DNA of 64,000 nt from Oscillospiraceae bacterium (GCA_017937195.1 JAGBEA010000048.1:16188-80187); one strand, 5' to 3'; numbered from the stretch's first letter, positions 25,398 through 35,093 are shown. Notes: generated by a model not told the origin, from the sequence alone. A program made the numbers and translations.

Positions 25398-26150
25398 CAG
25401 ATCGGTGATCACGCGGATAAAGAAGATCACCAGCACGGTGACCATCACCGGCTTCACCGCCTTGGCGCCGCCCTTTTCAAACATCCGCGCACCCAGATAG
25501 TTACCGGCGATATTGAAAAGTCCCGCCGCAATGCCCAGCGGCAGCAGCACCTTTCCGTTCAGCAGGAAAACCGCCAGCGCCGTGATGTTGCTGGTGAGAT
25601 TGATCACTTTGGTGGTGCCGTTGGCCTGCTGCAGCGGCATATGCCCCAGCGCGGTCAAGCCCAAGAGCAAAAAGGTACCGGTGCCGGGTCCGTAAAACCC
25701 GTCGTAGACGCCCACCGCCAGCGCGATGACCATAGCGATCAGCGTGGTCTTTCGTTGGGAAAACGGTTCTTTTTCCGTGTCCAGCACCTGCCCGCGCAGC
25801 ACATACCACGCCGTCAGCGGCAAAATCACCAGCATCACGATCTTGAACACGCGGTCACTGAGCAGCAGCGCCAGATTGGCGCCCCAGTTGGAGCCCAGCA
25901 TAGCGCACACGGCGCAAAACGGCGCGAGCTTCCACGGAATAAAGCCGCTCAGCCCATAGCGGAGGGTGGCGATGGTGGTGCCCATACTGGAGCTCATCTT
26001 GTTGGTGGCGATGGCGTTGTGTACGGGGAGTCCTGCGATGAGAAAAGCGGGCAGGGAGATCAGTCCGCCGCCGCCTGCCACCGCGTCCACCACGCCTGCC
26101 ACAAAGGTGAGGGGACAGATCAGCAGATAGGAATATAGAGTAGGGGTCAT
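25392..26150 (-). CDS. TSUP (TauE/SafE) family membrane transporter
   Basis: DAVAGGGGLISLP and YDGFYGPGTGTF motifs. Confidence 0.9.
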   Translation of the reverse strand: MTPTLYSYLLICPLTFVAGVVDAVAGGGGLISLPAFLIAGLPVHNAIATNKMSSSMGTTIATLRYGLSGFIPWKLAPFCAVCAMLGSNWGANLALLLSDRVFKIVMLVILPLTAWYVLRGQVLDTEKEPFSQRKTTLIAMVIALAVGVYDGFYGPGTGTFLLLGLTALGHMPLQQANGTTKVINLTSNITALAVFLLNGKVLLPLGIAAGLFNIAGNYLGARMFEKGGAKAVKPVMVTVLVIFFIRVITDLM

Positions 26151-26238
26151 AGTGCCTCCTTGGATTTTGTCATCGTTGCCGCACACCAGTATAGCGCAAA
26201 TTTACAGAAAGTTCAACACTTACCACTCTGCCGCTTAC

Positions 26239-26267
26239 TTGACAGTGGTTTTGCGGTAGGGTAAAAT
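26239..26267 (+). promoter_or_regulatory. SigmaA promoter of degV
   Basis: TTGACA-17 nt-TAAAAT. Confidence 0.7.
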
Positions 26268-26322
26268 GTGCATAACCGAAAGTGCAAGGATAATGTGTCG
26301 TACTGTAGAAAGGAACCACACT

Positions 26323-27153
26323 ATGACTTATAAAATTGTTGCTGATTCCTCGTCGGATGTATTCCATCTGAACGATGTGGCGTATGCCCATGTGCCGCTG
26401 AAGATCATCTCCGTGGATAAGGAATATGTGGATACGCCGGAGCTGAAGGTGTTTGAGATGCTGGAGGAGATCAAGGCCACCAAGAGTGCCACCTCCACCT
26501 CCTGCCCCAACGCCTTTGAGTGGAAGGAAGCCTTTGAGGGGGCTGACGGCGTCTTTGCCGTTACCATCACCAGCAATCTGTCCGGCTCCTGCGCCGCCGC
26601 CAATCAGGCCGCGCAGGACTATATGGAGGAGCACGAGGGCGCCAAGGTCTGCGTACTGGATACGCTGTCGGTGGGTCCCGAGTCCCATCTCATCATCGAT
26701 AAGCTGCGTGAACTGATTTTGCAGGGGCTGGCGTTCGAGGAGATCGAAACGCAGATCCACGAATATATGAAAAAAACGCACCTGCTGTTCTCGCTGGAGT
26801 CGCTGGAGAATCTGGCGCGCAACGGCCGCACCAGCCCCGCCGTGGCCAAGCTGGTGGGCGTGCTGGGCATCCGCATCGTGGGCAAGGCCAGCGATGAGGG
26901 CACGCTGCAGCCGCTGCACAAGTGCCGCGGTGAAAAGCGTGCGCTTGCCACCATCGTGGAGGAAATGAAGAAGCACGGCTACTGCGGCGGCCGGGTCTGG
27001 ATCGACCACTGCCTGAATCTGGGCGCTGCCATGGCGCTAAAGGAGCTGATCTGCAAGGAGTTCCACGGCGCAACGGTGGAGATCGGCACGTGTATGGGTC
27101 TTTGCAGCTACTATGCCGAGCAGGGCGGCCTGCTGATCGGCTACGAGGGCTAA
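26323..27153 (+). CDS. DegV family fatty acid-binding protein
   Basis: IVADSSSD start, TSCPN, ITSNLSGS and LARNGR motifs. Confidence 0.92.
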   Translation: MTYKIVADSSSDVFHLNDVAYAHVPLKIISVDKEYVDTPELKVFEMLEEIKATKSATSTSCPNAFEWKEAFEGADGVFAVTITSNLSGSCAAANQAAQDYMEEHEGAKVCVLDTLSVGPESHLIIDKLRELILQGLAFEEIETQIHEYMKKTHLLFSLESLENLARNGRTSPAVAKLVGVLGIRIVGKASDEGTLQPLHKCRGEKRALATIVEEMKKHGYCGGRVWIDHCLNLGAAMALKELICKEFHGATVEIGTCMGLCSYYAEQGGLLIGYEG

Positions 27154-27166
27154 AAGGAGAATCGAA

Positions 27167-27197
27167 AAAAGAGACGCTCGCAAGAGCGTCTTTTTTT
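27167..27197 (+). terminator. Intrinsic terminator after degV
   Basis: AAAAGAGACGCTC-gcaa-GAGCGTC followed by a T7 tract. Confidence 0.8.
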
Positions 27198-27226
27198 GCG
27201 TCAAACCGCCGCAGTCGTTGCGCACC

Positions 27227-27470
27227 AAAATAAAACGGAAGAAGAAAGCGTTTCTACATTTACAGCAGAATGAGCGGCTGAGCGGGTTAGACGCAGAGGC
27301 AATGCTACATTTAGCGGCTTATCGCAAATCTGCAGTAGAGCAAAGGAGGTCAAGGAACCATCGGTTCCTTGCGGCGTTCTTTGGTGACTTTCTTTCGCTG
27401 AAGAAAGAAAGTTACCCGTCGGAGACAGGACACGCCATCGGCATAGCAGGGAGCGCGTGAGCGTCAGCGC
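27227..27470 (+). repeat. Structured dispersed repeat, copy 4
   Basis: Core hairpin at 27351-27371. Second hairpin GGTGACTTTCTTTC-gctgaa-GAAAGAAAGTTACC. Region flanked by a 16-bp direct repeat (27194-27209, 27590-27605). Confidence 0.9.
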
Positions 27471-27615
27471 CTTGGAAAACCCACCGCCTCTGCGGGGACG
27501 AGCAATCCCGCCGCGCCCACCGCGTGGCTGGTAACATAGGGCTTTGCCCGCATATAAAACTCTCCCGACACGCCGTTGGGGGATATTAATTTTGCGTCAA
27601 ACCGCTGATACATCC

Positions 27616-27641
27616 GTAGGGCGCGACGACTCGGCGCGCCG
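27616..27641 (+). repeat. GTAG-type REP-like palindrome
   Basis: GTAGGGCGCGACGACTCGGCGCGCCG. Confidence 0.8.
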
Positions 27642-27741
27642 CTCCCCACGGACGATCCCTCAAAAACTATTTCTGCGGAGATATTTTTAGGCTCTTTTAA
27701 GCTTGCCGCGCTATACTTGACATCAGAAAGGGGGGATCGGT

Positions 27742-28479
27742 ATGCCCTATCAAAGCGTGTTTCGCCGCTATGAGCTGAAATATCTGCTGACGCGGGCGCA
27801 GAAAGCGCGGATCGTGCAGGCGATCGCGCCCTATATGCAGCTGGATCAGTACGGACATTCCGTGATCCGCAACCTCTATTTCGACACCGACAGCTATCGG
27901 CTGATCCGCCGATCCATGGAAAAGCCCACCTATAAGGAGAAGCTGCGATTGCGCAGCTACAGCCGCGCCACCTGCCAAAGCCCCGTCTTTGTGGAGCTGA
28001 AGAAGAAATATGACGGCGTGGTGTATAAGCGCCGCTTATCGCTTCCGGAGCAGGAGGCACTTTCGTGGCTGGGCGGCGGCGCGCTGCCGCAGGATACGCA
28101 GATCGCTCGGGAGATCGATTATTTCCTCCGCTTTTACGGCACGCTGCACCCCACGCTGTTCTTGTCCTACGAGCGGGAGGCGTACTACTGCCGCGACGGC
28201 GGCGATTTCCGCCTCACCTTTGATGAGAACATCCTCTGCCGACAGACGGAGCTGTCGCTGGAGACGGAAGCCTACGGCACGCCGCTGCTGGATGAGGATA
28301 CGGTGCTGATGGAGTTGAAATGCTCCGGCGGCATCCCGCTGTGGCTGGTGCGGGTGCTGAGCGAGGAAAAACTCTATAAAACCTCATTTTCCAAATACGG
28401 AACAGCCTATCAGCGGCTGATTTTCCCCCAAATAAAGGAGCGTAAACAAGATGGAACAGCTATTCAAGGGATTATTTGA
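27742..28479 (+). CDS. VTC (polyphosphate polymerase) domain protein
   Basis: FRRYELKY, YKEKLRLRSY, VELKKKY, FRLTFD and LMELK motifs. Confidence 0.9.
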   Translation: MPYQSVFRRYELKYLLTRAQKARIVQAIAPYMQLDQYGHSVIRNLYFDTDSYRLIRRSMEKPTYKEKLRLRSYSRATCQSPVFVELKKKYDGVVYKRRLSLPEQEALSWLGGGALPQDTQIAREIDYFLRFYGTLHPTLFLSYEREAYYCRDGGDFRLTFDENILCRQTELSLETEAYGTPLLDEDTVLMELKCSGGIPLWLVRVLSEEKLYKTSFSKYGTAYQRLIFPQIKERKQDGTAIQGII

Positions 28480-29143
28480 CACAGATATGACCACGGTGAT
28501 CGGCGTGCAGGATTTTCTGCTGTGCGTGGGTTTTGCGCTGGTGCTGGGCTTGGTGATCGCGCTGAGCTATATGTACCGCACCCGCTACACCAAGAGCTTT
28601 GTGATGACGCTGATCCTGCTGCCGGCGGTGGTGTGCGTGGTGATTATGATGGTCAACGGCAATGTGGGCGCAGGCGTGGCGGTGGCAGGCGCGTTCAGTC
28701 TGGTGCGCTTCCGCTCCGTCCCCGGTACGGCCCGTGAGATCGCCACGCTGTTTTTGGCCATGGGCGCAGGACTTGTGACCGGTATGGGCTATCTGGGCTT
28801 CGCGCTGCTCTTTACACTGGTGCTGTGCGCCGCCTTTATGGTGTGCAGCCGCCTGGATCTGGGCGCGCAGCGCAATGCCGCCCTCTATAAGGTGCTGACC
28901 GTCACCGTCCCCGAGGATCTGGACTACACCGGCGTATTTGAGGATATTTTCGCCCAATACACCACCTCCTGCCAGCTGATGCGGGTAAAGACCACCAATA
29001 TGGGCAGCCTTTTCCGCCTGACCTACCACCTCACACTGCGCACTGCGGCGGAGGAGAAGGCGATGATCGACGCGCTGCGCTGTCGCAACGGCAATCTGGA
29101 GATCTCCGTTTCGCTGCAGGACAGTACCGCGATGGAGCTGTAA
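28451..29143 (+). CDS. DUF4956 family membrane protein
   Basis: VAGAFSLVRFRSVPG motif. Typical partner of VTC genes. Confidence 0.88.
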   Translation: MEQLFKGLFDTDMTTVIGVQDFLLCVGFALVLGLVIALSYMYRTRYTKSFVMTLILLPAVVCVVIMMVNGNVGAGVAVAGAFSLVRFRSVPGTAREIATLFLAMGAGLVTGMGYLGFALLFTLVLCAAFMVCSRLDLGAQRNAALYKVLTVTVPEDLDYTGVFEDIFAQYTTSCQLMRVKTTNMGSLFRLTYHLTLRTAAEEKAMIDALRCRNGNLEISVSLQDSTAMEL

Positions 29144-29156
29144 AGGGGGGCAGACT

Positions 29157-30983
29157 ATGAGAAAAATGCGTGTGGCAGCGCTGTGGCTGGCGCTGCTGAT
29201 GCTGACCGCCTGCGGCAGCAAGACACCTGCCGGTGATGGCAGCACCGCTTCCGTCCCCGACAGTACCGACAAGCTGACGGCGTCCTCCGATCTCTTTACC
29301 GACCGCGACTTGGACGCCTCCTACTCCGGTAAAAGCACTACGGTCACCCTCACCGGCACCACCGCCCAATGCAGCAGCGACGCGGTGGAGATCCACGGCA
29401 GCACCGTCACCATCACCGACGAGGGCACCTACATCCTCACCGGCACGCTGGAGGACGGGATGATCGTGGTCAATGCCGACGAAACCGACAAGCCGCAGAT
29501 CGTGCTGGCAGGAGCCTCCATCCACAGTGAGACCTCCGCCGCCCTCTATGTGCTGCAGGCGGACAAGGTGGTGGTAACGCTGGCGCAGGGCAGCGAGAAT
29601 ACCCTTTCAAGCGGCGAGAGCTTTACCGCCATTGACGACAACAACATCGACGGCGCGGTGTTTTCCAAGCAGGACATCACCTTCAACGGCAGCGGCAGCT
29701 TGACGGTCAATGCGCCGGCAGGGCACGGCATCGTCTGCAAGGATGACTTGGTGCTCTGCGGCGGCACCTATCACATCACCTCCGCCTCCCATGGCATTGA
29801 CGCCAATGACAGTGTGCGCGCCGTGAGCGCCGCGCTGACGGTGGACGCCGGAAAGGACGGCATCCACGCCGAGAACACAGACGATGCCACCCTTGGCTTC
29901 GTCTATTTGGAGAGCGGCAGCTATAATGTGGCGGCCGAGGGGGACGGCATCAGCGCCGGCAGCACGCTGCAGATCGAGGATGGCACCTATCATATCACCG
30001 CCGGCGGCGGCAGCGCCAACGCAGCCACGCTGACCTCCGATTCTTGGGGCGGCTATATGGGCGGCGGCAAGGGCGGAATGGGCGGCCCGGGCGGCGGAAT
30101 GCGCCCCGATATGGGCGGCGCAGGCTACGGCACGCTCACTGATACCACCGCCGAGGACAGCACCAGTATGAAGGGCCTGAAAGCCTCCGGAGCACTGACT
30201 GTCAATGGCGGCAGCTTCACCGTGGATGCCGCGGACGATGCGGTGCATTCCAACACCTCTGTCACCGTCAACGGCGGCACCTTCGACATCCAAACCGGTG
30301 ATGACGGCTTCCACGCCGACGATACGCTGAGCGTCAACGGCGGCACCATCACAATCAACCAGAGCTACGAGGGATTGGAGGGTTTGACCGTTGCCATCTC
30401 CGGCGGTGACATCACCCTGAAGAGCAGTGATGACGGCATCAACGCTGCCGGCGGCACGGATCAAAGCGGCTTTGGCGGCTTCCGCGGCAATGACGGCTTC
30501 GGCGGTGGAATGGGCGGAATGGGCGGAATGGGCGGAATGGGCGGTATGGGTGCATCCAACGGCGCCATCACCATCACCGGCGGCAGCATCTATATGAACG
30601 CCTCCGGTGACGGCATCGACGCCAACGGCACGCTGGAGATCAGCGGCGGCTATGTGGTGGTCTGCGGACCTACGCAGGGCGACACGGCGGTGCTGGATTA
30701 CGATGTCAGTGCCACCATCACCGGCGGAACCTTCATCGGCACCGGCTCGTATATGATGGCGCAGACCTTCAGCGACGGCACGCAGGGCGTCATCGCCGTC
30801 AGCGTGGGCAATCAGCAAGCCGGCACGCCCATCACCCTGACTGACACCCAGGGCAGGGAGGTGCTGAGCGCCACGCCCCAGCTGCCCTTTGCCATCGTGA
30901 TCCTCTCCAGCGCCGATGTGGTGATCGGGCAGGACTATACCATCACCGTTGGCAGCGCCTCAGGAACCTTTGCGGCAAGCTGA
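29157..30983 (+). CDS. Carbohydrate-binding domain lipoprotein (Cthe_2159/DUF4353 family)
   Basis: Lipobox LTACG, beta-helix repeats (DGIHA, DDAVHSN, DGIDAN), Gly/Met-rich insertions. Confidence 0.85.
   Translation: MRKMRVAALWLALLMLTACGSKTPAGDGSTASVPDSTDKLTASSDLFTDRDLDASYSGKSTTVTLTGTTAQCSSDAVEIHGSTVTITDEGTYILTGTLEDGMIVVNADETDKPQIVLAGASIHSETSAALYVLQADKVVVTLAQGSENTLSSGESFTAIDDNNIDGAVFSKQDITFNGSGSLTVNAPAGHGIVCKDDLVLCGGTYHITSASHGIDANDSVRAVSAALTVDAGKDGIHAENTDDATLGFVYLESGSYNVAAEGDGISAGSTLQIEDGTYHITAGGGSANAATLTSDSWGGYMGGGKGGMGGPGGGMRPDMGGAGYGTLTDTTAEDSTSMKGLKASGALTVNGGSFTVDAADDAVHSNTSVTVNGGTFDIQTGDDGFHADDTLSVNGGTITINQSYEGLEGLTVAISGGDITLKSSDDGINAAGGTDQSGFGGFRGNDGFGGGMGGMGGMGGMGGMGASNGAITITGGSIYMNASGDGIDANGTLEISGGYVVVCGPTQGDTAVLDYDVSATITGGTFIGTGSYMMAQTFSDGTQGVIAVSVGNQQAGTPITLTDTQGREVLSATPQLPFAIVILSSADVVIGQDYTITVGSASGTFAAS
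30507..30551 (+). repeat. 9-bp coding tandem repeat (GGAATGGGC)x5
   Basis: Encodes GMG repeats. The fifth unit is degenerate. Confidence 0.85.
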
Positions 30984-31022
30984 AAAAGAACTCCCCCGAC
31001 CTTCGCGGTCGGGGGAGTTTTT
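30984..31022. terminator. Bidirectional terminator
   Basis: AACTCCCCCGACC-ttcgc-GGTCGGGGGAGTT with A/T tracts on both sides. Confidence 0.85.
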
Positions 31023-31029
31023 GTATGCG

Positions 31030-32541
31030 TTATGCGCGGTGGAAAATGCGATCCACGATCTGCCGCACGAACTGGCGGCAGTGGGGGAAGAGCAGCAGCT
31101 GACCGCCCAGCACCACCACCATGGAAAGGATAGAGGCGGCAAAGCCCACCAGAATAAACCGCCAGTAGGAGGTGATGGCCAGCGGATCAAACAGCACATT
31201 CAGCAGCCCCAGCGCTGCGAAAAACAGCACGGCGTTCACCAGATAGATGGCGTAGGACTCCCACGCGCGGCAGCCCAGCAGCTTGCGGTTGCCGTAGATG
31301 ATAATATCATTGCTGCGGTAGAGGAGCGCTGCGACAGTGCCCAGCAGCACGCCGTAGATGCCAAGGAAATACACACCGATGATGGAGGTGACCAGATTGA
31401 TGACCGACTCGATCACCGAGGGGATAGCGGTCTGCTTGAAGTGTCCTGCGAAGGTGATGGTGTTGACCATAATAACCTTGTTGCCGTCCAGCAGCGAGCA
31501 AAGCACCACCAGCACTGCCAAAAGGGGATCGATGTAGTTGATGTCGGTGATGCCCGCGGTGTAAAGGCGCATAAAGGGCAGCATCAGAAACAGCGCCACG
31601 GCAAAGAGTGCGTAATAGGCGGCAGAGTAGAGGGACTCCACAATGCGGATGCGCTTGATAAACAGCTCCTTGTTGGTGTGATAGGTCTGTCCCAGCGAGA
31701 ATTTGATGCTCTCCAGCGGCAGAGACAGCACCGTTTCCAGCTGGCTGGTGACCAGCTTGAACATAGAGTACACGCTGACCACCTTCAGATCGCAGAACAC
31801 GGTCAGGATCATCACATCGGTGTGGCGGAACACCAGCGAGCTGATCTGATGCACCAGCACGGAGTTCTTCTGCGCCACGGCGGCGTAGTTGGGGGTGACA
31901 TTCAGCGTGACCTGCGGATAGCGGCGGCGGATATACCACAGAATGAACACCGCCTGCGTGCACTGGATCAGGAAAGAGACCACAAGGATCAGCACGATGT
32001 CGATCTGCAGGGAGATCAGCACGATCTTGGTCAGGTTGATCACCGCGTTGACGATGGTGGTCATAGTGGTGGTGATATACAGCTTGCCGTCGGTCTGCAG
32101 CAGGTAGATGTACTTACCCTGAATGTAGAAGTTGACGGCATTGCCGATACCGCTGAAGAACACGGCGCCGCAGATGGTGAAGTAGGACAGCGTGCTGTCC
32201 ACCACCAGCGGATACACCAGACACAGCGCCACCAGACCGATCATATACCAGCGCGTGGTCTTGCGATAATGTTCGTGGGAGGCGGCCAGCACCGCGTTGA
32301 CTCCGTCCCAGTCATCGGTAGCCACGGGCTGATACAGCGCCTGCATAGTTGCCGCGCCGATGCCCGCCTCAAAGAGGGACAGATACACAAGGAACTGTGC
32401 CAAGGAGGTCAAAAGACCGTTGACCTCCGAGCCGTAGCTGACCACCCACATACGCGGCAGGATCAGACCGAAGGCGATGGCAATACCCTGACTGAGCACA
32501 GAGAATAATAGGTTTTTAATGCTTTTGGTGCGATGATTCAT
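31030..32541 (-). CDS. Polysaccharide flippase (Wzx-like)
   Basis: Multi-TM, YGSEVNGL...L.EAGIG motif, within the polysaccharide locus. Confidence 0.85.
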   Translation of the reverse strand: MNHRTKSIKNLLFSVLSQGIAIAFGLILPRMWVVSYGSEVNGLLTSLAQFLVYLSLFEAGIGAATMQALYQPVATDDWDGVNAVLAASHEHYRKTTRWYMIGLVALCLVYPLVVDSTLSYFTICGAVFFSGIGNAVNFYIQGKYIYLLQTDGKLYITTTMTTIVNAVINLTKIVLISLQIDIVLILVVSFLIQCTQAVFILWYIRRRYPQVTLNVTPNYAAVAQKNSVLVHQISSLVFRHTDVMILTVFCDLKVVSVYSMFKLVTSQLETVLSLPLESIKFSLGQTYHTNKELFIKRIRIVESLYSAAYYALFAVALFLMLPFMRLYTAGITDINYIDPLLAVLVVLCSLLDGNKVIMVNTITFAGHFKQTAIPSVIESVINLVTSIIGVYFLGIYGVLLGTVAALLYRSNDIIIYGNRKLLGCRAWESYAIYLVNAVLFFAALGLLNVLFDPLAITSYWRFILVGFAASILSMVVVLGGQLLLFPHCRQFVRQIVDRIFHRA

Positions 32542-32580
32542 AGAAAGCTTCCTTTTTGTGCGCCGCATCAGCGCCACAGC

Positions 32581-33939
32581 TTACGCGGCCTTGTTGGCAT
32601 CCTCCTGCTTCACCATCAGCGGGAATTGGACAAGATAGTAATACAAAGTAATCATATAGTAGAACGAAACGCCCAGCGAGCTCAGCAGCGACATAAAGCC
32701 GAAGGTCAGCGTCACGGCGAAGGGCAGCATAGAGAACCGCTCCTTGCGATAGCGCCGCGCATGGGCGATGGAGGCGACGCCGGTGAAGAGGTTGAACAGC
32801 AGATACAGCACGCCGGCAGGGATGCCGGACTCATAGCCGAACTGCAAAATGGTGTTATGGGTGGTGAAGATCTCGCGCCCCAGAATGGAGATATAGTAGG
32901 AGTCGCCGTCGGGATGTCCCAGCAGATTCAGCTCCGCACCGAAGGCCTTCCAGATGGAAATGCGGCCGGTGGAGATGCGGTCGAGGGACTTGTCGAGGAT
33001 GGCGAACTTGTTGTCGTTGAGGTCGGAGACGGCGTCCAGATTCAGCACTAAGTCACCGCTGACCGCATCTTCGGTGGGCAGATTCAGCGAAGCGAGAAAC
33101 TCGGGATAGAGCTTGGACGCCTGAAAGAGATAGAACGCGGAGTTGACCAGCACCACGGCGCTCAACGCGCAGGCCAGGAGCTTGCCCAGCGTCAGCAGCC
33201 ACAGCTTTTCCTTTCTGTGGAGGATCACATACATAATCAGCGTAGACACTGCCACCAGAATGCCGGCCAGATAGCCGGTACGGGAGCTGGTGTAGTAGAT
33301 CTGCGCCACGCACAGACCGAAGGCGATGATATGCAAAATCAGCTTGCGGTCAAACTTGCGCGCATCCAGAATCTCCACCAGCAGGCAGGCGAACACCAGC
33401 AGCAGATAGAAGCTGGCGCCGTTGACGTTGCACATCAATCCGCCATACTGCTTGACACCCATAGGGTAGAGCAGTATGTTGATCAGCGTGTAGGGGACAA
33501 AGGAAAGAATGCAGACGCGGCTGAGCAGCGCGAAGATTTTTTGGCGGTCAATGTTGTTCCACACCAGATAGATGGCGGGATATACCACCAAAAACAGCAT
33601 CGCCTCAGGCAGACGGTTGTCCGTCACCAGCACGCCTGCCAGCAGCATCAAAAAGCCGATGCAAAACCAGCAGACGGTGGGGAAGAGGCGAAACCGCACG
33701 GGCTTCATGTCCTTGTTCAGGGTGCAAAGCACCATACCGCCCAGCAGCAGGCAGTTGATGGCGAAAAAGATGAGATAGCGGTAGGGGATCACACCCATAC
33801 CGTCCAGAAATGTATGGAAAAACAGGGCCAGACCGCACAGGATGAACACGCGGTCCTTTGTTTTTTCGCTCCAGCCTGCGGTGATCCGCTGCTGCAGCGG
33901 CTGCAGGATTTTAGAAATCAGAAATTGTTGAATAGCCAT
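32581..33939 (-). CDS. O-antigen ligase/polymerase (Wzy-like)
   Basis: Multi-TM with SRTG, STGRISIW and HNTILQ motifs. Confidence 0.8.
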   Translation of the reverse strand: MAIQQFLISKILQPLQQRITAGWSEKTKDRVFILCGLALFFHTFLDGMGVIPYRYLIFFAINCLLLGGMVLCTLNKDMKPVRFRLFPTVCWFCIGFLMLLAGVLVTDNRLPEAMLFLVVYPAIYLVWNNIDRQKIFALLSRVCILSFVPYTLINILLYPMGVKQYGGLMCNVNGASFYLLLVFACLLVEILDARKFDRKLILHIIAFGLCVAQIYYTSSRTGYLAGILVAVSTLIMYVILHRKEKLWLLTLGKLLACALSAVVLVNSAFYLFQASKLYPEFLASLNLPTEDAVSGDLVLNLDAVSDLNDNKFAILDKSLDRISTGRISIWKAFGAELNLLGHPDGDSYYISILGREIFTTHNTILQFGYESGIPAGVLYLLFNLFTGVASIAHARRYRKERFSMLPFAVTLTFGFMSLLSSLGVSFYYMITLYYYLVQFPLMVKQEDANKAA

Positions 33940-33950
33940 GAAAAAACTCC

Positions 33951-35093
33951 TTAGGAAATGCCGGGGATCAAATAGTCAAACAGCTGCAGATAGGACTGCG
34001 CGTTGGCCTGCCAAGTCAGCTGGCGGGCAGTATAGCTGCCCCGATGGGCGACGGTTTCCGCCATCTGCGGCTGGCGCACGCAAGACTCCACCGCCTCAAC
34101 GATGGCGTCGGGGGTATCGGCAGGCACGAGGAAGCCGTTTTCGCCGCTGACGATCACATCGCTGATGCCCTCGCCCTCAGTGCCGACGGTGATGCAGCCG
34201 CAGGCCATCGCCTCCAGATATACGATGCCAAAGCCCTCGCGGACACTGGGCATTACGAAAAACTGATGCTTCGCCATCTCGGCCAGCACCTCGCGGTTGT
34301 GGATCTGCCCCAAAAAGCGCACGGCGTCCGTGACTTGCAGCTCCTCGCACAGCGCCTGCAGCGCCTCGCGCTCACTGCCCTGACCGATAACGGTCAGCGT
34401 GGCGGAGGGATAGGCGGCGCGCAGCTTGGCAAAAGCGCGGATGGTGACATCAAACCGCTTTTGCTGCGATAACTGTCCCACCTGAATAAAGGACAGGGGC
34501 TGCTTGTCTTGCACCTCGGGCAGATGCTGCAGAATAAAACCGTTGAGAATGGTGGAGATGGGGGTGGCGGTGCCGCAGTTGCGCAGCTTTTCGGCCAGCA
34601 CGGAGCTAACCGCCACAATGTGATCCGCCTCATCGCACAGCGATTTCATCTGCTCATATTCGCCTCGCTCCAGCGCGATGGAGCTGTCACTGCCGTGGGT
34701 GGTGACCACCAGCGGCACGTTCAGCCGCTGCTTCAGCCACGCGCCGATGGTGCTGCAAAAGCCCAGCGTGTGGGCGTGGATCACATCGGGGGCAAAGCCG
34801 CGCAGCAGCCCTTTCAGTCCACAGCGCAGCGCCCAAAGTGCGCTGCGCGTGTTAAAGCCTCCCTCGCCGTAGCCGGAGAGGGAGAGATAGCGCAGAGGAA
34901 TCATCTCCACGCCGTCCAGCACGCGGCGCTTGCAGCTTACCGCCGAGCCGTCCCAGTCCTTTTTGCCCCACGCGATGGGGATCAAAACCCGCACGCGGTG
35001 CCCCTGCGCGGCGTATGCCGCCATCTGGGCATGAACAAAGGACAGAGACAGATCCTGATACATTCCGTAATAGCAGACGGTCAGGATGTTCAT
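33951..35093 (-). CDS. GT4 glycosyltransferase
   Basis: EGFGIVYLEAMACG motif. Confidence 0.92.
   Translation of the reverse strand: MNILTVCYYGMYQDLSLSFVHAQMAAYAAQGHRVRVLIPIAWGKKDWDGSAVSCKRRVLDGVEMIPLRYLSLSGYGEGGFNTRSALWALRCGLKGLLRGFAPDVIHAHTLGFCSTIGAWLKQRLNVPLVVTTHGSDSSIALERGEYEQMKSLCDEADHIVAVSSVLAEKLRNCGTATPISTILNGFILQHLPEVQDKQPLSFIQVGQLSQQKRFDVTIRAFAKLRAAYPSATLTVIGQGSEREALQALCEELQVTDAVRFLGQIHNREVLAEMAKHQFFVMPSVREGFGIVYLEAMACGCITVGTEGEGISDVIVSGENGFLVPADTPDAIVEAVESCVRQPQMAETVAHRGSYTARQLTWQANAQSYLQLFDYLIPGIS

Noticed and set aside
12647-27460. Similar peptides (AEAM.HLAAY...EQR.SRNHRFLAAF) at 12647, 25087 and 27218 as a small protein family
   Set aside because: They are translations of the structured repeat. 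Copy 4 shifts frame locally within the hairpin and the N-termini are unrelated, so pairing is conserved rather than protein.
1-27470. CRISPR array built on the palindromic CAAGGAACCATCGGTTCCTTG repeat
   Set aside because: Copies are kilobases apart, embedded in longer homologous units, with no spacer periodicity or cas genes.
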